64,000 bases of DNA from the NCBI GenBank assembly GCA_045637625.1, contig JAZTZU010000064.1:1081-65080 (forward strand), written 5' to 3'. Source of the DNA: Eubacteriales bacterium. GTDB taxonomy: Bacteria > Bacillota > Clostridia > Oscillospirales > UBA644. The notes below the pieces were generated by a model. The model made no database searches. It had not been told where the DNA came from and worked only from the letters and a program-made list of their open reading frames with translations. Both the position numbers and the translations under genes were made by a program. Below are positions 21,338-31,700 of this stretch, piece by piece (position 1 is the first letter of the stretch; the number at the start of each line of letters is the position of its first letter).

Positions 21338-22579
21338 ATGAATAATTTTAATGTAAAAAAATACGATGCTGTCGTTATAGGCGCAGGCGCTGCAGGTATG
21401 ATGTGTGCAGGTACAGCTGCCGAACTTGGTTGCGGAAAAATCGCGCTTATAGAAAAAAATAATATTTACGGCAAAAAGCTTCTCATTACAGGCAAGGGCC
21501 GCTGCAATGTTACAAACAACTGCGATGTCAGGACTCTTGTCGAGAATACTGTACGTAACGGTCGCTTTTTGTATTCTGCGTTCAGCTCTTTTTCTTCCTA
21601 CGATACAATGTCTTTTTTTGAAGAGTTGGGAGTTTCTCTTAAAACAGAACGTGGAAACAGAGTTTTTCCCGTAAGTGATAAATCCTCGGATATCACAGAA
21701 GCTCTGAAAAAATATGTTTCGGTAAAAAATATAGATCATATACGCGGAGATGTTGAATCTCTTATAATTGAAAACGGTGAGCTTAAAGGATGTAAGCTTT
21801 CCGACGGAAGAAGTTTTTTGGCTGATAAAGTTGTTGTTGCCACAGGAGGCCGTTCTTATCCTTTAACAGGTTCTACCGGGGCAGGATACATACTTGCTTC
21901 ACAGGCAGGCCATACTGTAATTTCTCAGTCTGCTTCCATTGTACCTCTTGAGGTTGTTGAATCTGAGGTCTGCAGATCGCTTATGGGGCTTTCTCTCAGA
22001 AATATATCCGTTTCTGTTATTCGTGGAGAGAAAACTGTTTATACGGACTTTGGTGAGCTTATGTTTACCAATTATGGGATATCAGGTCCTGTAGTTCTTT
22101 CCGCTTCAGCTCATGTCTCAGAAGGGGACAGGGTCGTTATTGATATGAAGCCTGCTCTTGATGAGAAAATGCTTGACAAGCGTATCCTTTCGGATTTCTC
22201 CAAATATATCAACAAGGATTTCGGAAATTCTTTGGGGGATCTGCTTCCCAAGAAAATGATTCCTGTCGCAGTGTCTCTTTCTGGAATTCCGCATGATACA
22301 AAAGTCAATTCCGTAACAGCTGTACAGAGGGGCGAACTTGTCCGACTTCTTAAAAATTTTACGTTGACAGTCAAAGGGAAACGTCCTATCGAGGAAGCGG
22401 TTGTTACTTCCGGCGGTGTTGCGGTCAACGAAATAGATCCAAAAACAATGGAGTCGAAGATCCTTCCAAATCTGTATTTTGCAGGTGAGGTTATAGATGC
22501 TGATGCCTATACGGGCGGATTCAATCTTCAGATTGCGTTTTCCACAGGCAGAGCTGCAGGTAAAAGCATTGCATATTAA
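21338..22579 (+). CDS. HI0933/BaiN family FAD-dependent oxidoreductase
   Basis: GAGAAG, GKGRCNVTN, ATGGRSYP, VTSGGV, TGGFNLQIA. Confidence 0.92.
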   Translation: MNNFNVKKYDAVVIGAGAAGMMCAGTAAELGCGKIALIEKNNIYGKKLLITGKGRCNVTNNCDVRTLVENTVRNGRFLYSAFSSFSSYDTMSFFEELGVSLKTERGNRVFPVSDKSSDITEALKKYVSVKNIDHIRGDVESLIIENGELKGCKLSDGRSFLADKVVVATGGRSYPLTGSTGAGYILASQAGHTVISQSASIVPLEVVESEVCRSLMGLSLRNISVSVIRGEKTVYTDFGELMFTNYGISGPVVLSASAHVSEGDRVVIDMKPALDEKMLDKRILSDFSKYINKDFGNSLGDLLPKKMIPVAVSLSGIPHDTKVNSVTAVQRGELVRLLKNFTLTVKGKRPIEEAVVTSGGVAVNEIDPKTMESKILPNLYFAGEVIDADAYTGGFNLQIAFSTGRAAGKSIAY

Positions 22580-22621
22580 ACTAAAATATATTTAAGGTGT
22601 TTTATACAGGAGAATATCATA

Positions 22622-23290
22622 ATGATAAATATAGCCATTGACGGACCTTCAGGTGCAGGCAAGAGCAGTCTTGCAAGTTATGTCGCAAAAGAGCTTTCAT
22701 TTGTACATGTTGATACCGGCGCTTTATACAGAGCCGTTGGATTTTATATCGTTTGCAACAATGCGGATCCTTCAGATCCACAGGTCGTGGTTCCCCTTTT
22801 AAAGTCTCTCAATGTTGGCGTTGAATACGACAGTTCAAAAAAACAGCACGTTTTTATTAACGGAGAAGAAGTTGTTGAACAGCTCAGAACAAATGATGTT
22901 TCAATGGCTGCATCTGCTGCCTCCGCAATTCCCGAAGTCCGTGAATTTCTTCTCGATCTCCAGAGGGATATTGCAAGAAAAGAAAATATTGTAATGGACG
23001 GAAGAGATGTCGGTACAGTAATTCTCCCCAATGCAAACATTAAATTTTTCCTTTCCGCTTCCCCTGAGAAAAGAGCTGTCAGAAGACTTAAGGAATATGA
23101 AGCAAAAGGTATCGAGATTTCCTACGAAAAGGTTCTTGAAGATATTATCCGTAGGGATGAAAACGATTCCACAAGAAAAATTTCTCCCTTGAAGCAGGCA
23201 GAGGATGCTATCCCGGTAGATAACTCCGAAATGTCCGAAGCAGAAACAAAAGAATTTATTTTAAAGATAATTAAGGAAAAACTTTCATAA
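22622..23290 (+). CDS. cmk: Cytidylate kinase
   Basis: IAIDGPSGAGKS, DTGALYR, MDGRDVGT. Confidence 0.95.
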   Translation: MINIAIDGPSGAGKSSLASYVAKELSFVHVDTGALYRAVGFYIVCNNADPSDPQVVVPLLKSLNVGVEYDSSKKQHVFINGEEVVEQLRTNDVSMAASAASAIPEVREFLLDLQRDIARKENIVMDGRDVGTVILPNANIKFFLSASPEKRAVRRLKEYEAKGIEISYEKVLEDIIRRDENDSTRKISPLKQAEDAIPVDNSEMSEAETKEFILKIIKEKLS

Positions 23291-23874
23291 TGTATACGCT
23301 TGCCAAAATCGTTCTCGGTTTTTATATTTATGTTTTCAATAAAATAAAAATAATCGGCAAAGAGAATATTTCACCTGAAGGTGCTTTGATTGTTTATGGG
23401 AACCATCAGTCCATAATGGATATTTTCTGCCTGAATCTTGCTTTCGGCAGCAGAAAAATAATTTTTATGGCGAAAAATTCTCTTTTCAAGATTCCCATTA
23501 TAAAGAATGTTGTAAAGGCTTACGGTGCTTTTCCTGTTGACAGAAGCAGGGCAGACCTTTCAGCAATCAAAAATGCGCTCCGGGTACTTAAAGAAGGTAA
23601 AACTCTCGGTATTTTTCCTGAGGGAACAAGAATCGGTTCCGAAGAAGAAAGCGATGCTAAAGGCGGCATTGCAATGATTGCTGAAAAAACAAAAGCAACA
23701 CTTCAGCCCGTACGAATTATTTACAAAAGAAAAAAAATGATCTTTAATTCCATGACCGTGATCATCGGTAAAAGTTTTTCGTATAGCGATATTGATATCC
23801 CCGCAGATGCGGAGGATCCCCGTAAGCTTGGCGGAAAAATTCTCATGGATAAGGTTTACGAGTTACAGGTATGA
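23290..23874 (+). CDS. plsC: 1-acyl-sn-glycerol-3-phosphate acyltransferase
   Basis: NHQSIMD, FPEGTR motifs. Confidence 0.88.
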   Translation: MYTLAKIVLGFYIYVFNKIKIIGKENISPEGALIVYGNHQSIMDIFCLNLAFGSRKIIFMAKNSLFKIPIIKNVVKAYGAFPVDRSRADLSAIKNALRVLKEGKTLGIFPEGTRIGSEEESDAKGGIAMIAEKTKATLQPVRIIYKRKKMIFNSMTVIIGKSFSYSDIDIPADAEDPRKLGGKILMDKVYELQV

Positions 23875-25799
23875 ATATTTACAAGACAGATACTATAGGT
23901 TTTTGTTTCGGTGTTGAACGTGCAGTCAATGCTGTTTATAAGATCCTTGATGACGAAAATTTCCGTAATAAAAGAATTTTTACATGGGGTGAGCTGATCC
24001 ATAATCCCAATATTGTCGGTGAGTTGGCGAAAAGAGGCGTTGTTGCGACCGAAAATATTGATGATCTGAGAGAGGGCGATGTGGTAATAATTCGTTCTCA
24101 TGGCGTCGGACAAGCTGTGATTGAAGCCCTTGAAGCGAAAAAAACAGTGGTCTTTGATGAAACCTGCCCTAAGGTGAAAAAAATTCATAGAATTGCCACA
24201 AATTCAAAAAACCTTATAATTGCAGGAAATATTGAACATCCTGAAGTAAAAGGTATCGTCGGAAACTGCAAAAAGAACTTTTATGTCGTAAAAGATATTG
24301 ACGAATTGAAAAAAATAGTGCATAATATATATGATACTGAAGATTCTTTCACCTTCGTTGCCCAGACGACTTTCTCCGTGAAAGTTTTTGAGGAAATGAA
24401 AGAGTTCCTTTCCGGATACGAAAAGATCACGGTGGAAAATACTGTCTGCCACTCCACCGAAGAAAGGCAGAGACAAGTCAGAGAGCTTGCTCAGAAGGTG
24501 GACATGTTTATCGTTGTTGGGGGCAAAGGAAGTTCCAACACGAAAAAGCTTTACGATATAGCTTCAGAGTACTGTGAGGCTTATCATATCGAAAGCGTTA
24601 AGGAGTTACCCTATTATATTAAACATAAAAAAATAGGACTGTCGTCAGGTGCATCTACGCCTGCCAGAGCAGTCGAGGAGGTTATTTTTAACATGATTAG
24701 CGAAATCGACAACAAAGACGTCATTGAACAGGACGTTGACTTTCTTGAAGCCCTCGAAGAGTCTCTCAAGACAATTCGTAACGGACAGAGAGTAAAGGGT
24801 ATCATCAGTGCCATCAACGGTACAGAAGTTCAGGTGGACCTTGGAGTAAAATACTCCGGAATTATCCCCACAGCAGAATTTGCTGATGACGAAGCACCCA
24901 AGATCGGTGACGAAATTGAGGCATTTGTTGTCAAGGTAACGGACAGCGAAGGCACAGCGCAGCTTTCCAAAAAACATCTTGATATGGCAAAAGGTCTCGA
25001 AAAAATCAACGAAGCGTATGAACAGAAGACCGTTCTTACAGGAAAGGTTTCTGAGGTCGTTAAGGGAGGCGTTATCATATCTGTTAACGGTGTCAGAGTG
25101 TTCGTTCCCGCATCTCAGGCTACACTTAAGAAAGATGAAGAACTTGAACCCCTTAAGAATAAGGAAGTTAAGTTCCGCATCATTGAAGTTGATGACAGCA
25201 ACAGCAGACGTAAACGCGTTATCGGTTCTATCCGCAGCGTTCTCAGAGAAGAAAGACAGGCTGAAGTTGAAAACTTCTGGACATCCCTTGAAGAAGGCAA
25301 GAAATTCGACGGCGTTGTTAAGTCTCTTACAGCATTCGGTGCATTTGTTGACATCGGCGGCGTAGACGGCCTCGTACATATCTCCGATATGACTTGGACA
25401 AGAGTTAAGAATCCCGCTGAACTCGTTTCTGTTGGTGAAAAAGTAAGCGTTATCGTTAAGAGCTTTGACAAAGAAAAGAAGAGAATTTCTCTTACAATGA
25501 AGAATCCCGACGAAAATCCCTGGGATATTCTCAAGGCTAATTACAGCGCAGATGACGTAGTTGAAGCTACAGTTGTAAAACTCATGCCCTACGGCGCTTT
25601 CGTGAACGTTATCCCTGGCATTGACGGCCTCGTTCACATTTCTCAGATTTCCAAAGAAAGACTTGCAAAAATCGGAGATGCTCTCACAGTTGGTCAGAAA
25701 GTGACTGCAAAGATCACAGATATTGACTTTGAAGCTCAGAAGATCAATCTTTCTATCAAAGCTGCAGCTGAAACAGCAGCAGAAGAAGTATCTGAATAA
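23871..25799 (+). CDS. ispH-rpsA: Bifunctional IspH (LytB) / 30S ribosomal protein S1
   Basis: GFCFGVERA, IRSHG, TCPKV, HPEV, AQTT, SSNT, GASTP, then four S1 repeats (FGAFVDIGGVDGLVHIS). Confidence 0.93.
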   Translation: MNIYKTDTIGFCFGVERAVNAVYKILDDENFRNKRIFTWGELIHNPNIVGELAKRGVVATENIDDLREGDVVIIRSHGVGQAVIEALEAKKTVVFDETCPKVKKIHRIATNSKNLIIAGNIEHPEVKGIVGNCKKNFYVVKDIDELKKIVHNIYDTEDSFTFVAQTTFSVKVFEEMKEFLSGYEKITVENTVCHSTEERQRQVRELAQKVDMFIVVGGKGSSNTKKLYDIASEYCEAYHIESVKELPYYIKHKKIGLSSGASTPARAVEEVIFNMISEIDNKDVIEQDVDFLEALEESLKTIRNGQRVKGIISAINGTEVQVDLGVKYSGIIPTAEFADDEAPKIGDEIEAFVVKVTDSEGTAQLSKKHLDMAKGLEKINEAYEQKTVLTGKVSEVVKGGVIISVNGVRVFVPASQATLKKDEELEPLKNKEVKFRIIEVDDSNSRRKRVIGSIRSVLREERQAEVENFWTSLEEGKKFDGVVKSLTAFGAFVDIGGVDGLVHISDMTWTRVKNPAELVSVGEKVSVIVKSFDKEKKRISLTMKNPDENPWDILKANYSADDVVEATVVKLMPYGAFVNVIPGIDGLVHISQISKERLAKIGDALTVGQKVTAKITDIDFEAQKINLSIKAAAETAAEEVSE

Positions 25800-25832
25800 T
25801 TTCAAAGATACTAACTCAATCTGAAATCTAAT

Positions 25833-25905
25833 CATACAGAGGTGAAGCAGTTTTCGGTCTCTTAATAGTTTTGTTGACCGTTTTTCTGCTACACCTCTGT
25901 GTTTG
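25833..25905 (+). other. Long irregular stem-loop after rpsA (terminator, processing site or ncRNA)
   Basis: CAGAGGTGAAGCAG...CGGTC...GACCG...CTGCTACACCTCTG pairing. Confidence 0.5.
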
Positions 25906-25991
25906 GTATATTCAGAAGAAAATTTTTATAAAATTCTCCCGAAAACTTTCGGGTTCTATGAATATTTTCGAGCAGGAAAGGATATTTTTTA

Positions 25992-26939
25992 ATGGAACAG
26001 TACAAAGTAAGTCTTGCGACTCTTATCAAAGATCTGTCCGTAGAACAGGTCTATATCCCCGAAGGCGAAAAGGGTAATGCCGAAAAAATATTTATCGTAT
26101 CTACGGAAATCAACCGTCCGGCACTTCAGCTTGCTGATTATTACGACCATTTTGACCCAAAACGTATTCAGATCCTCGGCAAAGAGGAAGCTTCTTATAT
26201 TTCAATGATGTGCGCTGAAAAAAGACGTATAGTTATTGACCGCCTTTTTGCAACAGGAATTCCCGTTGTTTTTCTTGCCCACAAAATAGAAGTCTTCCCT
26301 GAAATTATTGCCGCTGCGGAAAAATATCAGATCCCTGTTTATTCTTCTTATGAAACTACATCGGAGCTTTCTTATGCGCTTATCAGTGCGTTGAATGTTC
26401 ATCTTGCACCTCGTATTACTATGCACGGGGTTCTTATCGAAGTTTACGGTGAAGGTATCCTTATGATTGGCGACAGCGGTGTCGGTAAAAGTGAAACCGC
26501 CATGGAGCTCCTTAAAAGAGGTCACCGTCTTATTGCCGACGATGCCGTTGAGATCAAACGAGTATCGAATAAGACACTTGTAGGTACAGCGCCTGAAATG
26601 ATAAAATATCTTATTGAGCTCAGAGGTATAGGACTTGTTGATGTCCGCCGTATATTCGGTATGGGTGCTGTTAAAGAAACGGAAAAGATCGATCTTGTAG
26701 TACAGCTTGAACCCTGGAGTGCTGAAAAACAGTACGAACGTCTCGGTCTCGATGACAATTATTATGATATTTTAGGTCTGAAAAAGCCCACAGTAACAAT
26801 TCCTATCAGACCGGGCAGAAACCTTGCAATAATCATTGAAGTTGCAGCTATGAACAACAGACAGCGCAGAATGGGATATAATGCCGCTGAGGAACTTAAT
26901 AAGCGCCTGATGAAAAATATGGGCGTTTCTCTTGATTGA
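25992..26939 (+). CDS. hprK: HPr(Ser) kinase/phosphorylase
   Basis: MHGVL, GDSGVGKSE, LIADDAV, ELRGIG, PGRNLA. Confidence 0.95.
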   Translation: MEQYKVSLATLIKDLSVEQVYIPEGEKGNAEKIFIVSTEINRPALQLADYYDHFDPKRIQILGKEEASYISMMCAEKRRIVIDRLFATGIPVVFLAHKIEVFPEIIAAAEKYQIPVYSSYETTSELSYALISALNVHLAPRITMHGVLIEVYGEGILMIGDSGVGKSETAMELLKRGHRLIADDAVEIKRVSNKTLVGTAPEMIKYLIELRGIGLVDVRRIFGMGAVKETEKIDLVVQLEPWSAEKQYERLGLDDNYYDILGLKKPTVTIPIRPGRNLAIIIEVAAMNNRQRRMGYNAAEELNKRLMKNMGVSLD

Positions 26940-26971
26940 TATTAAAAACTATGAAAGGCACGGGCAAAATT

Positions 26972-27874
26972 ATGGATAATATCTTATTTTCGGAAGCAAT
27001 TCAGGAACTTTCAGATGCAGGCATAGCTCTTTCCGAAAACGTTGCTCTTTGCAATTTTACAACATTTAAGATCGGCGGACTTACACCGCTGATGGTAAGT
27101 CCTGCATCCTCCGAGGAAGTTTCCCTTACAGTGAAAATTTTTAACAAATACAATATTTCCTATTTCACTTTGGGGAATGGCTCAAATTTACTTGTCCCTG
27201 ATGATGGGATTTCCAAGGCAGTTATTTTTACCGGCAGTTTGACCGGAATTTCTGTTTCAGAAAATAAATTGGTCGCAGGATCAGGATGTTTTCTTTCAAA
27301 AGTTGCATCTGAGGCTGCAAAAAAATCTCTCTGCGGCATGGAGGCCCTCCACGGAATCCCCGGAACTGTTGGTGGCGCAGTTGTGATGAATGCAGGCGCA
27401 TACGGTTCAGAGATGTCACATGTCGTGGAATATACCGATTATGTTGATAAATTCGGGGAATTCCACCGTGTTTTCGGCGAAGATCATTGTTTTGGGTACA
27501 GAAAGTCCTGCTTTGCAGAAGGAGATATCGTTACCGCTGTGTGTTTTTCTCTTGAAAATGGAGATTCGGAGTCTATCTATTCAAAAATGAATGAATACTC
27601 CAAAAAACGCCGTGATTCTCAGCCTCTTGAATACCCCTCCGCGGGCAGCGTTTTCAAGCGCCCCGAAGGTCATTTTGCAGGCAAACTGATTCAGGACAGT
27701 AATCTTAAGGGTGTTACTGTTGGCGGTGCTCAGGTAAGCGAAAAACATGGCGGGTTTATTATAAATATCGGAGGAGCCACATGTTCTGATGTGATGGCTC
27801 TCGTAAAAATAATTCAGGATACTGTTTACAATAACTATGGCGTTCATCTTGAAATGGAAATAAAAACACTTTAA
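26972..27874 (+). CDS. murB: UDP-N-acetylenolpyruvoylglucosamine reductase
   Basis: TFKIGG, GNGSNLL, GIPGTVGG, MNAGAYG, QPLEYPSAGSVFK. Confidence 0.95.
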   Translation: MDNILFSEAIQELSDAGIALSENVALCNFTTFKIGGLTPLMVSPASSEEVSLTVKIFNKYNISYFTLGNGSNLLVPDDGISKAVIFTGSLTGISVSENKLVAGSGCFLSKVASEAAKKSLCGMEALHGIPGTVGGAVVMNAGAYGSEMSHVVEYTDYVDKFGEFHRVFGEDHCFGYRKSCFAEGDIVTAVCFSLENGDSESIYSKMNEYSKKRRDSQPLEYPSAGSVFKRPEGHFAGKLIQDSNLKGVTVGGAQVSEKHGGFIINIGGATCSDVMALVKIIQDTVYNNYGVHLEMEIKTL

Positions 27875-27886
27875 CGGAGTAAGATC

Positions 27887-28759
27887 GTGTCTTATACTTC
27901 AGATATAAACAGAAAAATTATAAATATTAAAAATCATAAATGCTGCTCATTTGCCTGTCTGTATGGGTTGCTGCTTTTTGGCGGAAGACTCAGCGACGGA
28001 ATAAAATATGTCACTACTCACAAAGAAAAATGTGAATTCCTGACAAAATCGTTTCTTTCTTTTTCTTCGGGAACTCCCATCGTTTCCGAGCACGGAGATT
28101 CTTTTGAGACCGAGATACTTTCAGATACTGACGATTCCGTGCTTTCAGACCTGCTGAGTGTTTCTCCTCACAGGATAGAAATGAAATATTTGAATTCGGA
28201 CTGCTGTAAAAAAGCTTTCATGCGAGGTGTTTTCATCTCTACAGGTTTTGTTTCCGAACCTGAAAAACCTTACCATCTGGAACTTAAAACTTCTCATCAT
28301 ACAGCTGCCGAAGACTTTAAAAAGCTTGCTGCGGAATACGACATTTATTTTAAATCTCTTGTCCGAGGAGGCAGAACCGTCCTTTATCTTAAAAGTTCTG
28401 ACAGCGTAAAGGATTTTCTGACCCTTATCGGCGCACAGACATTTACGTTTGATTATACGAATGCAGAACTTGAAAAGGGGCTCAGAAATGATATAAACAG
28501 AGCCTTGAACTGTGAATCTGCAAATGAGGACAAGCGGCTCGGTGCAGCAGGAAAACAGATAAAAGATATTATGATCCTCAAGGAGGACGGATACCGTGAT
28601 GTTCCGGAAAAGCTTATAGAGCTTGCTGAGATCCGTCTTGAAAATCCTGAAATGGGTCTGGCTGATCTCGGTCAGCTTCTTACACCTCCGCTTTCCAAGG
28701 CAGGGGTATCACACCGCATGAGAAAAATTGCGGAACTTGCTTCTGAAAGGAAAAAATAA
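27887..28759 (+). CDS. whiA: DNA-binding protein WhiA
   Basis: AFMRGVF..G..SEP..YHLE, NRALNCESAN, LSKAGVSHRMRK; GTG start. Confidence 0.88.
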   Translation: MSYTSDINRKIINIKNHKCCSFACLYGLLLFGGRLSDGIKYVTTHKEKCEFLTKSFLSFSSGTPIVSEHGDSFETEILSDTDDSVLSDLLSVSPHRIEMKYLNSDCCKKAFMRGVFISTGFVSEPEKPYHLELKTSHHTAAEDFKKLAAEYDIYFKSLVRGGRTVLYLKSSDSVKDFLTLIGAQTFTFDYTNAELEKGLRNDINRALNCESANEDKRLGAAGKQIKDIMILKEDGYRDVPEKLIELAEIRLENPEMGLADLGQLLTPPLSKAGVSHRMRKIAELASERKK

Positions 28760-31700
28760 ATGGGATTTGTTCATTTACACGTTCATACTGAGTACAGTTT
28801 GCTTGACGGTGCGTGCAAGATCAAAAAAATGCTTCCCCGCCTCAAGGAAATGGGACAGGATGCTGTCGCTATGACGGACCACGGCAATATGTACGCCACT
28901 ATTTATTTTTATAAATACTGTAAAGCAGCAGGGATAAAACCCATCATAGGCTGCGAAGTTTATACATCACAAAGAACCCGATTTGATAAAGTCAGCAGAG
29001 AACTTGACGGTGAGATCGGGCACCTTGTGCTGCTCTGCAAAAATAATGTTGGCTATAAGAATCTTATCAAAATAGTTGCGTTCAGTAATACCGAGGGCTT
29101 TTATTATAAGCCCCGTGTTGATATGGATCTCCTTCGTGAAAACAGCGAAGGTCTTATTGCCTTGTCTGCCTGCCTTGCAGGTGATGTTCCGAGACTTCTT
29201 GTCGCAGGGGACTATGAGGGCGCAAAGAAAAAAGCTCTTGAATATCAGGAGATTTTTGGTGAAGGAAACTACTATCTTGAACTTCAGGATCACGGAATAG
29301 ATGAACAGAAGATCGTAAATGAAGGGGTTATCAGAATTTCAAGAGAAACAGGTATTCCTCTTGTTGCCACAAACGATGCTCATTATATACAGAAAAAAGA
29401 TGCTAAAGCCCAGAAAGTGCTTGTCTGCGTTCAGATTCAGAAAACATTTGACGAAGACAACGGAATGGGTTTTACTACGAACGAATTTTATCTCAAATCC
29501 GAAGAGGAAATGAGAAGTCTGTTTGAATATGTTCCGGAAGCTATTGACAATACAGTGAAAATTGCAGAACAATGCAATGTTGTTTTCCCTGAGATTGATG
29601 ACGCTAAAAATAGAGTTTATTTCTTACCTGTGTTTAAGTGGACAGACGGACTTTCCCATTATGACTATCTGCGTAAGATCACCTTTGAGGGCTTTAATAA
29701 ACGCTACACAAAAGAGCAGCAGACCCCCGAACTTGTTGAGCGTGTTGAATACGAACTCAGTATTATCAATAAAATGGGTTTCGTAGACTACTTCCTTATC
29801 GTTTGGGACTTTATCAACTACGCAAAAGAGCATGGTATTCCTATCGGTCCCGGACGAGGTTCAGGTGCGGGAAGTATTGTTGCATATTGTATCAGAATCA
29901 CAAATATTGAACCTATCGGATATAATCTGATTTTTGAAAGATTCCTTAACCCTGAGCGTATCTCCATGCCTGACTTTGACGTAGATATGTGTCCCGTAAG
30001 ACGACATGAAGTTTTTGAATACGTTCAGCGCAAATACGGCATAGATTGTGTTGCCAATATCGTTACTTTCGGTACAATGAAGGCAAAGCAGGCTCTTAAA
30101 GACGTTGCCCGAGTTCTCGGTTTCCCTCCGAGTGAAGCAAATGCTATAACCAAGCTCATGCCGGATAAAATGACAATTACAGATGTTATTGAAAAAGTTC
30201 CCGAGATCAAAAATATGTATGATACGGATATGCGTCTCCGCGAACTTTTCGACATGGCTGAGTCTGTTGAAAATATGCCTCGTCATGCCTCTGTACATGC
30301 CTGCGGTATCGTTATCGGTGAAAATCCTATTTATACTTATGTTCCTCTTGCCGTAAACGAAGGTGTTACGGTAACCCAGTTTGATATGAAGATCGTTGAA
30401 GAGGTCGGACTTGTAAAAATGGACTTCCTCGGTCTTCGAAATCTTACCGTTATTGAAGATGCGTGCAAGCTTATCAGGAAAAAAATTCCCGATTTCAGTA
30501 TGGACAAAGTCGATATCTGTGATCCTGCCGTTTACGATCTTCTTTCCAACGGTGATACTGACGGTATCTTCCAGCTTGAATCAGGCGGTATGAAAAAAAC
30601 ACTTACATCTCTTCGTCCAAGATCCATTGAAGATGTTACGGCTATCATATCCCTTTACCGTCCCGGACCTATGGACAGTATCCCGCAGTACATTGCCAAT
30701 AAAAACCATCCCGAAAGCATTAAATATAAACATCCTTTGCTTGAACCCATCCTGAAAGTTACTTACGGATGTATGGTTTATCAGGAACAGGTAATGCAGA
30801 TCGTTCGTGAACTTGCAGGTTACAGTTTCGGTCGTGCTGACATCGTACGTAAAGCCATGGGTAAAAAACAGATGGATGTTATGACCCGTGAACGTGAATT
30901 TTTCATTAACGGTAAAAAACGTGATGACGGAACAGTTGAAATCCCCGGTGCTGTTGCAAATGGTGTTCCTCCCGAAGTTGCAAATGAGATTTTCGATGAA
31001 ATGATCAAATTTGCCGAATACGCCTTCAATAAATCTCATGCTGCGGCATATTCCTATGTTACGTACTATACTGCATATCTTAAAACTCACTTTACAAAAG
31101 AATATATGGCGGCTCTTCTGACCAGCGTTTTGGGCAAGACCGAAAAAATGGTTGAGTACATCAATGCATCCACCGCAAAGGGTATAAAAGTTCTTCAGCC
31201 TGATGTGAATGAATCTCTTGACGTATTTACCGTAAGCGGTGAAAATATCCGTTTCGGACTCAGCGCTGTCAAGAGTGTCAGCAGTAACGTTGTTGCCGAT
31301 CTTATCAAAGAGCGTGAAGAAAACGGTCCTTTCAAGAGCTTCTACGATTTCTGCAAACGTATGCTTGACGGTAAAAACATGGACTCCCGAACTGTTGAAA
31401 ATCTCATAAACTGCGGAGCTTTCGACTCTTTCGGTACTGAAAACCGTCGTCAGATGATAGTTGCTTTCCCTGAGATCAAGCGTAGTCTTGATACTTATTT
31501 CAAAGAAAAAAGTGGCGGTCAGCTCACCCTTTTCGGAGAAGTTGAACCTGATGAAGAGTTCAATTATCCAAAAATCGAAGAGTTCCCCAAAAAGCAAAAA
31601 CTTGCTCTTGAAAAGGAAGTTACAGGTCTTTACCTTACAGACCACCCAATGAAAGAATATGCCCATATGGCGGAATCTCTTGACAGTGTAAATGCTGCGG

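Noticed and set aside
24645-25835. 396-aa antisense ORF
   Set aside because: Shadow of the codon-biased rpsA half; no recognisable protein features
30581-31666. 361-aa antisense ORF inside dnaE
   Set aside because: Shadow ORF opposite a conserved essential gene
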